A stretch of 61,010 bases of DNA from a virus: the IMG/VR virus record IMGVR_UViG_3300027554_000001. One strand, given 5' to 3'. The notes below the pieces were generated by a model. It made no database searches, had not been told where the DNA came from, and worked only from the letters and a program-made list of their open reading frames with translations. Position numbers and translations under genes: made by a program. Positions 15,791 to 22,825 of the stretch are shown piece after piece. Each line of letters opens with the position of its first letter. Position 1 is the first letter of the stretch.

Positions 15791-16819
15791 ATGACGCTAC
15801 AGATCACAGGCTCGACAGGTGGTGCCACGGCACTGCAGGTCGGGCAATTCAGCTATCCGGTCACGGGGGCGAGCTATGACGTGACGGTGCCAGCAGCAGA
15901 CGAGGCAGCACTTGCCGATCAGGACGTGCCCGTCTCCATCGGTACCGCCTCCGAGACGATCCGGCGCACAGCTGTGGCAAGCGACTTCGGCCCGGTACAG
16001 GGTGCTAGCGCATCAGTGAGCGGCACCACGATCACGGTGAGCTGGACCGGGCAGGCGGATGCGGAGTCGTACGACATCGAGCGCAGCCTAGACGGCGGGG
16101 CCTTCGCCTACCTGGTATCGGACTCGGCATCGCCGTACACCGATTCGGGCCTTTCCGATGGCAGCTACCGCTATCGCCTGAAAGCGGTGCGCACGGTCAA
16201 CGGCACGCCCGAGATCAGCGCCGCTGGCCCTGAGAGCAGTGCCGTGACGGTCACCGCCCCCGTGGCTGCGAATTCGATCAACGCACGATCGGGCGTGAAT
16301 GACCCGGATGGGGATGACGCCGAAGAGACCATCTCCACGGGCGCGATGTCGATTGCCAGCTCGGATCTGGATCTCGGCTCGGAAGGCCCGGACCCGACTA
16401 TCGTGGGTATTCGCTTCCCGGCGCTGCAGATCCCGCAGGGCGCCAACATCACGAATGCCTACGTGCAATTCACCGCAGCGGCCCCGGCCAGCGGCACGTG
16501 CGACCTGACGATCAGTGCTCAGCGCGACGACACGGCAGGGCTCTTCACGCTCGCAGCCGGCAACCTCAGCTCGCGCCCCAGGACATCCGCGTCCGCCTCG
16601 TGGTCGGTGCCGAACTGGAACGCCGCAGGGGATGCAGCAGCAGCACAACGCACCTCCGCGCTGACGGCCATCATCCAGGAGATCGTCACCCGACCGGGCT
16701 GGGTGCCGGGCAACGCGATGGCGCTGTTCTTCACAGGCACCGGCACACGCCCTGCTGATTCGATGAACAAGGCGACAGGCCCGACGACCGGCCCCTTGCT
16801 GCGCGTCGAGTGGTCGTAG
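15791..16819 (+). CDS. Tail protein: shared N-terminal anchor + FN3 + beta-sandwich (possible carbohydrate-binding) domain
   Basis: N-terminal about 55 aa similar to the N-terminus of 40937..42742. 'TITVSWTGQADAESYDIERSLDGGAFAYL...YRYRLKAV' FN3-like. Confidence 0.65.
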   Translation: MTLQITGSTGGATALQVGQFSYPVTGASYDVTVPAADEAALADQDVPVSIGTASETIRRTAVASDFGPVQGASASVSGTTITVSWTGQADAESYDIERSLDGGAFAYLVSDSASPYTDSGLSDGSYRYRLKAVRTVNGTPEISAAGPESSAVTVTAPVAANSINARSGVNDPDGDDAEETISTGAMSIASSDLDLGSEGPDPTIVGIRFPALQIPQGANITNAYVQFTAAAPASGTCDLTISAQRDDTAGLFTLAAGNLSSRPRTSASASWSVPNWNAAGDAAAAQRTSALTAIIQEIVTRPGWVPGNAMALFFTGTGTRPADSMNKATGPTTGPLLRVEWS

Positions 16820-16884
16820 CGCACTAACCCACCATCATCATGATCCGGGCGCGGTCCAGACGGCCGCCACCCTTGGAGGATCAC

Positions 16885-17259
16885 ATGCAAGTCATCACAG
16901 GCCCGACGATCAAGCCGGGCGAGGAATGCGAACCGCTGTACGCGATGCTCGCCGATACCGTGGACAGGCGCGATGCGCGCGATGTGCTGTCGGACGTGCT
17001 GCAAGGCGCTTTCGAGCAGGGGGTGGGGCATGGGCAGGGCACAACGCCACTGCCGACCCTGAGCGCGCCTGTAGCGGCTGTGGTGCGTGGTGGGGAAAAG
17101 CCTGTCATGCCGCCCCTGCGCACGTGGGCGGAGATCGAGGCATCGGAGCCGCGAGGGGCGATCGAGAATCTCGTCTATCGGGCCGGGCTGGACACGGGCC
17201 TGCTCTTGAGCATGGTGGAGGCGGCGGCGCGGTATGCGGCGGCAAACTACGATGGGTAG
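16885..17259 (+). CDS. Hypothetical protein (124 aa)
   Basis: GGAGGA 5 nt before ATG 16885; track start 16840 rejected. Confidence 0.5.
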   Translation: MQVITGPTIKPGEECEPLYAMLADTVDRRDARDVLSDVLQGAFEQGVGHGQGTTPLPTLSAPVAAVVRGGEKPVMPPLRTWAEIEASEPRGAIENLVYRAGLDTGLLLSMVEAAARYAAANYDG

Positions 17260-17374
17260 TACAGCCCTCGGGCTGGCCGCGTATCCAGTACAATGCAATA
17301 GGCCGAACGCGATCCTTGCAGGGACCGCGCTCGGGTACGACAAGCACCGACGCGAACATACGAGGAACGCGACA

Positions 17375-18043
17375 ATGCCCGCAGCGATCATACTGGAGTT
17401 CGGCCAGCGTTTCGGCCGATGGACCTATCAGTTCGATGTAGAGTCGAAGACCACGCCGGGTGGCGTGAAGAAGCGTCAAGCACTCTTCCGGTGCGAGTGC
17501 GGCACAGTCTCGATCGTGGACACAAACATCGTCCGCAGCGGCCAATCTCAGTCTTGCGGATGCCTTCACCGCGAGAGAGTGGGCAACCGATTCAGGAAGC
17601 ACGGGGCCACAGGCTCTGAAACTCGCGGCACGCGTCATACACGGGCGTATCGCTCGTGGAGCCACATGCATGATCGCGTCCGAAACCCGAACACTTGGTC
17701 ATTCGAGCACTACGGCGGCCGGGGCATACAGGTCTGCGAGCGGTGGTCGGGGCGCGATGGCTTCAAGGCGTTTTTGTCCGACATGGGCGAGCGCCCCGAA
17801 GGGAAGACCCTAGACCGATTCCCCGATATAGACGGCGACTACGAGCCGGGAAATTGTCGTTGGGCGACTCATGATCAGCAGATGGCAAACCGCCGGTGCA
17901 GCTATCGTTGGATCGTCGGTGGCGTTGAGTACGATTCGGCGCGCAAAGCAGGCGAGGCTTGCGGGCTTTCGCTCAGCGGCATGATGTACCGATGCAGCAG
18001 CGCGAACTTTCCCGAGTTCGTGCGCGAGCGTCGGTACCCATGA
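17375..18043 (+). CDS. Homing-endonuclease-like DNA-binding protein (HNH_3/AP2-like core, C-terminal HTH)
   Basis: 'YRSWSHMHDRVRNP...YGGRGIQVCERW..F..FLSDMGERPEGKTLDRFPDIDGDYEPGNCRWATHDQQMAN' is a widespread phage HNH/AP2-like family pattern. Low-GC flank; sits right before terS. Confidence 0.55.
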   Translation: MPAAIILEFGQRFGRWTYQFDVESKTTPGGVKKRQALFRCECGTVSIVDTNIVRSGQSQSCGCLHRERVGNRFRKHGATGSETRGTRHTRAYRSWSHMHDRVRNPNTWSFEHYGGRGIQVCERWSGRDGFKAFLSDMGERPEGKTLDRFPDIDGDYEPGNCRWATHDQQMANRRCSYRWIVGGVEYDSARKAGEACGLSLSGMMYRCSSANFPEFVRERRYP

Positions 18044-18441
18044 GCGAGGGCAAGCTGACCGTCAAGCAGCGCCGCTTCGTTGCGGAATACTGCATTGATG
18101 CGAACGCCACACGCGCAGCCAAGGCGGCCGGATACAGCGAGGACACGGCCCACGCTATCGGTCACGAGAACTTGAGCAAACCTGAAGTGCGGCAGGAGAT
18201 TGACAGGCAGGAGGCCGACCGTCTGTCAGCCGCATCGTTGACTGCTGACTTCGTGCTGGCCGGCCTGATAGCCAACGTCGAGGCCGCTCGCAACGCCGAG
18301 AAATTCAGCGACGTCAACAAGGGGTTGGAGCTGCTGGGCAAGCGCTTGTCCATGTGGATCGAGAAGACGGAGAACGTCACGACGCTCAACGGTGCTACCG
18401 AGGTGCGTGTGATCGAGGTGCCGGCCAAGGGAAGCGTGTGA
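18040..18441 (+). CDS. terS: Terminase small subunit
   Basis: ATGA coupling. 'LTVKQRRFVAEYCIDANATRAAKAAGYSEDTAHAIGHENLSKPEV' = Terminase_2 signature. Confidence 0.85.
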   Translation: MSEGKLTVKQRRFVAEYCIDANATRAAKAAGYSEDTAHAIGHENLSKPEVRQEIDRQEADRLSAASLTADFVLAGLIANVEAARNAEKFSDVNKGLELLGKRLSMWIEKTENVTTLNGATEVRVIEVPAKGSV

Positions 18442-19799
18442 TCGAGCCGCGCCACGTCTGGCAGGCATCGCCCAAGCAACGGGAGTTCCTGGCCGCTGAC
18501 GAGCCGGAGGTGCTATTCGGCGGTGCGGCCGGAGGGGGCAAGTCGGATGCGCTGATTATCGATGCGCTCGGGCTGGCTCAGGGCGCGATCGAGGTCTCAA
18601 CATACAGCGCGATCATCTTCCGCCGCACCTACGCCGAGCTGGAGCAGCTGATCGAGCGATCGGCGGCGCTGTACACGCAGATCAGCCCCGGCGCCAAGTT
18701 CAACGAAACCCACAAGACGTGGACCTTTCCGTCCGGTGCCAAGATCCGGTATCGCTACCTCGAGCGCCCCGCCGATCGATTCCGTTATCAAGGCTCAGAA
18801 TTTCAGTACATCGCCTTCGACGAGCTGACGCAGCACCCGACCGATGTGGGTTACGAGTACATGCAGTCGCGGCTGCGCTCGGGCACGAATCGGCTGAATC
18901 TCTACGTGCGCGCCACGTGCAACCCTGGCGGCTTCGGGCATGAGTGGGTGCGCGATCGATGGCTGATCCCGGATGACGGGCAGGCGTCCACCAACGTGAT
19001 CGACATGGACGGTGAGCCGTGGACGCGCCGATTCATCCCGTCGCGCATCAGCGACAACGCCTATCTGGCTGGCACCGGTTACGAGAAGCGCCTGAAGATG
19101 CTGCCCGAGATGGAGCGCAAGGCGCTGCTGGAGGGCCGCTGGGACGTGATCGAGGTGGTGGGCGCGATCTATGGCGACGAGATCGCGCAGATGTACGAGG
19201 ACGGCCGGATATGCGGCGTGCCGATCGAGCCGCGCCTGCCGGTCTACACGTTCTGGGATCTGGGCAGGTCCGATGCCACGGCGGCGTGGATGATGCAGAG
19301 CGTGGGCATGGAGCGGCGGCTGATCGGCTACAAGGAGGATCGGTTCAAGTCGATCTCGTGGTGGGCCAAGGAGATGCGCGAGTGGGCCAAGGTCAAGCGC
19401 ATCGGGTACGCCGATCACTACATGCCGCACGACGTCGAGGTGCGTCAATTGAGCCTCAACAACGCCAGCCGCAAGGAGATGTTCGAGGAGGCGGGCATCA
19501 GCCCGATACAGGTGGTGCCGCGCGTGCAGTTCATCGAGGACGGCATCGACGTCACGCGCGAGTTCCTGGCGACGTGCTGGATCGATCGGCAGGGGTGCGC
19601 GGACGGGCTCAAGGCGCTCGCCAACTACCGCCGCGAGTACAACGAGGGGCAGGACGTGTACAGCCAGAAGCCGCTGCACAACTGGGCGTCCAACGGGTCG
19701 GATGCGCTCAGGCAGGCCGCGCAGGGCTTCGTGCCGCCCGAGCGGTATCGATTCGAGAAAGGCAGCTACGAGCCCGAAGCCTTCGAGGAGGTGTACTGA
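18438..19799 (+). CDS. terL: Terminase large subunit
   Basis: GTG overlapping the terS stop. 'PKQREFLAADEPEVLFGGAAGGGKSDAL' Walker A; 453 aa; typical position. Confidence 0.9.
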   Translation: MIEPRHVWQASPKQREFLAADEPEVLFGGAAGGGKSDALIIDALGLAQGAIEVSTYSAIIFRRTYAELEQLIERSAALYTQISPGAKFNETHKTWTFPSGAKIRYRYLERPADRFRYQGSEFQYIAFDELTQHPTDVGYEYMQSRLRSGTNRLNLYVRATCNPGGFGHEWVRDRWLIPDDGQASTNVIDMDGEPWTRRFIPSRISDNAYLAGTGYEKRLKMLPEMERKALLEGRWDVIEVVGAIYGDEIAQMYEDGRICGVPIEPRLPVYTFWDLGRSDATAAWMMQSVGMERRLIGYKEDRFKSISWWAKEMREWAKVKRIGYADHYMPHDVEVRQLSLNNASRKEMFEEAGISPIQVVPRVQFIEDGIDVTREFLATCWIDRQGCADGLKALANYRREYNEGQDVYSQKPLHNWASNGSDALRQAAQGFVPPERYRFEKGSYEPEAFEEVY

Positions 19800-19830
19800 G
19801 GCGGGGCGTAAAATAAGCTGCAGAAAGTGG

Positions 19831-19859
19831 TGGACATGTCGATACGTGGTGTGTAATCT
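19831..19859 (+). promoter_or_regulatory. Candidate sigma70-like promoter for the accessory island
   Basis: TGGACA (19831..19836), 17-nt spacer, TAATCT (19854..19859) inside the 105-bp low-GC gap after terL. The -10 is weak. Confidence 0.25.
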
Positions 19860-19904
19860 AGTTACCAAGGTCGCAGCAGCGGCCAACCACCTGGAAACGC
19901 CGCC

Positions 19905-20369
19905 ATGATCACTCTCTACCACGGCACGCACGAGCACTCACTGCCCGCGATCCGCACCGGCATGATCAATGGCGGACTGTTTGACGGCATCTTCGCCGGA
20001 ACCGAGCGTGACATCGCCCTGTCCCATGCGCCGAGTGTTTTCGAGATTGACGTGCCGGCTGACCGCATCGCTTCGTCATTCGATCTGGCACAGGCCGATC
20101 ACGAGGCGATCCGGGCGACGCTGCAGCGCGAGACGGGCGCGGATGACGCCGACCTGCTCGACGAGCTGTACGACGCTGTCACGAGCGACACGCCGGACGC
20201 TGACGACTTCGTCGGGCGCATCGGCACGCGCAGTTTCGCGGATGAGTTCGCCGCGACGTCGTGGGAGCTGCAGCGTCTGCGCGGTCGCATCGCTGCCGAT
20301 CTCGGCTATCTCGCGGTCGAGATGGACGACGAGCACGGGACGAGCTACCTCGTGCTCGGGATCGCCTGA
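19905..20369 (+). CDS. Hypothetical protein with ADP-ribosyltransferase-like (H-Y-E type) N-terminal motif
   Basis: 'ITLYHGTHEHSLPAIRTGMINGG...GIFAGT' resembles the [IL]YH-x-TH...L..I...G start of DarT/PolyVal-type ARTs and diphtheria toxin 'YHGT'. Assignment is tentative. Confidence 0.4.
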   Translation: MITLYHGTHEHSLPAIRTGMINGGLFDGIFAGTERDIALSHAPSVFEIDVPADRIASSFDLAQADHEAIRATLQRETGADDADLLDELYDAVTSDTPDADDFVGRIGTRSFADEFAATSWELQRLRGRIAADLGYLAVEMDDEHGTSYLVLGIA

Positions 20370-20374
20370 CCCGC

Positions 20375-20417
20375 CCCGGCGCACGGACGCACCCCAACTC
20401 ACACACGAGACGCCGCC
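20375..20417 (+). repeat. Conserved intergenic leader, copy 1
   Basis: CCCGGCGCACGGACGC (16/16 identical to 20788..20803), then CACAC-CGAGAC-GCCG, then ATG. Confidence 0.7.
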
Positions 20418-20765
20418 ATGCACACGATCTACGCAATCCACCACCCCGACGCCGACAAGCTCGCGGCCATCATCGCCGAGATGCGCGACCTGGGTGCGCC
20501 GACGATCGAGGCCGTCGACTGCAGTGACTACTTGATGGCGATCGAGGGCTCGCATCGCCTCGCCGCCGCCCACGCTTTAGGCATCGCGCCCATCGTCACG
20601 ATCCACGAGCAGGACGACGAGGTCGACGTGCACGGGTACGACTGGGACGCGAGCGACTACGGCGATTTGTTGGAGGACCGGCAGTACACGGCGGGCGAGA
20701 TCGCCGGCGCGCTGTACGACCACACGAGCGCTGTCGCGTACGCGTTCGACGAGGCGCACGACTGA
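20418..20765 (+). CDS. ParB/Srx-fold N-terminal-domain-like protein
   Basis: 'APTIEAVDCSDYLMAIEGSHRLAAAHALGIAPIVTI' fits the ParB-N 'v..idGhHRl.Aa..lG' motif. Confidence 0.55.
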   Translation: MHTIYAIHHPDADKLAAIIAEMRDLGAPTIEAVDCSDYLMAIEGSHRLAAAHALGIAPIVTIHEQDDEVDVHGYDWDASDYGDLLEDRQYTAGEIAGALYDHTSAVAYAFDEAHD

Positions 20766-20787
20766 TGCCCCACGGCATCGCCAACGA

Positions 20788-20834
20788 CCCGGCGCACGGA
20801 CGCGCTCCACTTCACACGCGAGACCGCCGACACG
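20788..20834 (+). repeat. Conserved intergenic leader, copy 2
   Basis: See 20375..20417; about 85% identity over about 45 nt by hand alignment; ends at ATG 20835. Confidence 0.7.
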
Positions 20835-21083
20835 ATGACTGCCACGACGCACGACAATGCAAACGACTATCCCTGCGAGTGCTGCCACGAAACCGGACTG
20901 ATCGGAGATCGCGGCGATTACTGCGACGGGGCATCACCTTCGCTGCACTTCTGCCACTGCGAGCGCGGCAACGAAAAGCAAGACCACGAAGAAGCACGAG
21001 AGACGCAGGCAGCTGGAAATGACTGGCCGGAGCGCGAGCGCGTCCCGCTGGTCTGGGGTGGCGATTTGGAGGAAATGCGGTGA
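20835..21083 (+). CDS. Cys-rich small protein (82 aa)
   Basis: 'YPCECCHETGLIGDRGDYCDG...LHFCHCERG' Zn-finger-like; ORF track. Confidence 0.5.
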   Translation: MTATTHDNANDYPCECCHETGLIGDRGDYCDGASPSLHFCHCERGNEKQDHEEARETQAAGNDWPERERVPLVWGGDLEEMR

Positions 21084-21337
21084 TCGCCGGCTGCTACCAC
21101 ATGGACCTCTACTGCGATGCCAGCGACAACTGCGAGGCACGTGCATTACGACGTCACGGTGGCACGGAAAAGTGGACAAGCAACGGACTGGTACAGACCG
21201 AAGCCGATGCGCGCAAGGACGCACGCGCGGACGGATGGCGCTTCGAGCGCGGCGGAGACCGCGTGCTTTGCCGTAATTGCTGGGAGTCTGGAATACGATT
21301 CGCTACGCTAGATGCCTTTGCCGAGGCGCCCGCCTGA
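21080..21337 (+). CDS. Cys-containing small protein (85 aa)
   Basis: GTGA coupling; 'CYHMDLYCD...C....GW...LCRNCW'. Confidence 0.5.
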   Translation: MIAGCYHMDLYCDASDNCEARALRRHGGTEKWTSNGLVQTEADARKDARADGWRFERGGDRVLCRNCWESGIRFATLDAFAEAPA

Positions 21338-21540
21338 TGCCCCGAGGACAAGCAGCAGACCCGACCAAGGACGGCCGACGCGGAGACGGCCCGCCGTTGC
21401 GTGACACGGGCGATCGGCTGCAACTGCTGCTGCCGGCTGGCACGAAACAACGCTGGAAGGCCGAGGCAAGGCGGCGCCGCATGTCAATTACCGCGCTCGT
21501 GCAAGAGCGAATGGACCAACCAAACAGGAGAGACACATGA
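21337..21540 (+). CDS. Ribbon-helix-helix-like protein (67 aa)
   Basis: TGATG coupling; 'RLQLLLPAGTKQRWKAEARRRRMSITALVQERM' strand-helix-helix pattern. Confidence 0.45.
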   Translation: MPRGQAADPTKDGRRGDGPPLRDTGDRLQLLLPAGTKQRWKAEARRRRMSITALVQERMDQPNRRDT

Positions 21541-21758
21541 CACGCACCTTCTACCTGGACGACGCCATGCGCGCCGAAGGCGAGGACTTCCGCAACGTAT
21601 CCCCGTCCTATCGCTTCAGCAACGGGCGGGAGTTTCGCGACGAGGCCCCGCGAGCGGCCGCACCGATCGCACCGTACGTGGCGCCCACCGTGCTGCCGTA
21701 CGTGGAGCCTGTGACGCCTGCCAGCGTGGTGGTGGCGGGGGATTGGGAGCCATCATGA
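21537..21758 (+). CDS. Hypothetical protein (73 aa)
   Basis: ATGA coupling both ends; ORF track. Confidence 0.5.
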   Translation: MTRTFYLDDAMRAEGEDFRNVSPSYRFSNGREFRDEAPRAAAPIAPYVAPTVLPYVEPVTPASVVVAGDWEPS

Positions 21759-22063
21759 GCACCCTAACCCGACGGGGCTTCATCCGACTCGGCGCCGCTG
21801 GCCTTGTCATGGCTGCAGCGCCTGCGATCGTGCGGGCTGACTCGCTGATGCCGGTGCGTGCGGTGCCGGAGTGGCATCGTGTCCGGGTGGCGCTGATGCC
21901 GGATGGAACATTTGAGTGGAAGGTATGGGACGATCAGCCGGTAATGAGGCAAGCGGACAGGGATCAAGCCATTCACGAGGCGTTTCGCAAGGCGGCGATG
22001 AATATGGATTTCACGCGTCTGCGCGCGCACATGGCGCGCTGCTGCGTGGTAGCTCCATCATGA
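21755..22063 (+). CDS. Twin-arginine (Tat) signal-peptide protein (102 aa)
   Basis: 'MSTLTRRGFIRLGAAGLVMAAAPAIVRA/DS' = S/T-R-R-x-F-[LI]-[KR] Tat motif + h-region + AxA site. Track start 21401 rejected. Confidence 0.6.
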   Translation: MSTLTRRGFIRLGAAGLVMAAAPAIVRADSLMPVRAVPEWHRVRVALMPDGTFEWKVWDDQPVMRQADRDQAIHEAFRKAAMNMDFTRLRAHMARCCVVAPS

Positions 22064-22407
22064 AGCCCCTACCCCTCGCCCTCGCATCCCTCGCCCTGCT
22101 GGCGGGCACGGCCGATGCATCTTTCTACAACGGTAACGACCTGCACGGATGGTGCGGCACTACCCCTGCCGAGCCGGGCTACAACAGCGACCGTGCACAG
22201 TGCATGGGCTACGTCGTCGGGCTGGTCGATGGGCTAACCGGCATCGGCACGGCGGGCGACGCGCTGTGCCTGGAGGGCAAGACGGCTGCGCAGGTCACGG
22301 ACGTGGTGGCGAAGAATCTGCGCGACCATCCTGCGGGGCGCGACCGACTGGGCGTGGATGTGGTCTTCTTCGCGCTGCTGCAGGCGTTTCCTTGCGATGA
22401 CGACTAG
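22060..22407 (+). CDS. Rap1a/Tai4-like periplasmic immunity-type protein
   Basis: Signal peptide 'MKPLPLALASLALLAGTADA'. 'NGNDLHGWC...CMGYVVGLVDG...LC..GKTAAQVTDVVAKNLRDHP....VVFFALLQAFPC' follows the Rap1a family pattern as I remember it. Confidence 0.6.
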   Translation: MKPLPLALASLALLAGTADASFYNGNDLHGWCGTTPAEPGYNSDRAQCMGYVVGLVDGLTGIGTAGDALCLEGKTAAQVTDVVAKNLRDHPAGRDRLGVDVVFFALLQAFPCDDD

Positions 22408-22457
22408 CTGACGATTCACTACGGGCCTTTTCATGCCCGCAACACACGCCACAAACC

Positions 22458-22470
22458 GCTCCTACAGTGG
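22458..22470 (+). promoter_or_regulatory. GCTCCTACAGTGG motif (putative -10; ATG 6 nt after TACAGT)
   Basis: Exact 13-mer; TACAGT 22463..22468, then GGTCGT, then ATG 22475; no SD. Confidence 0.35.
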
Positions 22471-22474
22471 TCGT

Positions 22475-22825
22475 ATGGCGAAACAATACCGCACGGCCGA
22501 CCCGGTCCTGATCCGCGCTCTGTGCGCCGACATCGCAGGCATAGCGCAGCGCGAGTACCCGTGGTACGCGTGGGGCGTGCGAGCCACGGCCGATGGCTCG
22601 ATGATCGAGATGATCTGTGACGTGCCGGGGCTTGCGACGACCGAGGGCTGGATGTTTTCCACCGAGCGCATCCAGCAGGTCAGCGGACGCACGCGCATGA
22701 TCCGGGCCGCCTGCGGCGAGATCCTGGAGCGCTTCGGCCTGTCTCGCGAGCGCAAGACGCCGCTGGCTGATGTCGCCGCCCACCTGTACCGCGACACGCG
22801 CGGCGAGCTGCACGCGCGCCACTGA
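22475..22825 (+). CDS. Hypothetical protein (116 aa)
   Basis: Track ORF 22433..22825 trimmed to the ATG after the motif; TGATG-coupled to portal. Confidence 0.55.
   Translation: MAKQYRTADPVLIRALCADIAGIAQREYPWYAWGVRATADGSMIEMICDVPGLATTEGWMFSTERIQQVSGRTRMIRAACGEILERFGLSRERKTPLADVAAHLYRDTRGELHARH

Noticed and set aside
15791-16819. Diversity-generating retroelement (similar sequence at two tail genes suggested TR/VR)
   Set aside because: The similarity is at the N-terminal anchor rather than the C-terminal variable tip, it is ordinary divergence rather than A-specific, and no reverse transcriptase gene exists in the genome.
17260-17374. tRNA or small RNA in the low-GC gaps (also 19800..19904 and 22408..22474)
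   Set aside because: I found no cloverleaf-compatible arms or a GTTCGAATC-type T-loop, only short weak hairpins. The gaps are better explained as promoter or leader regions.
20765-21022. 85-aa + ORF overlapping the intergenic leader and gene 20835..21083
   Set aside because: Its product is Arg-rich and low-complexity, it runs through the conserved non-coding leader, and it overlaps a better ORF that has the same leader-ATG arrangement as gene 20418.
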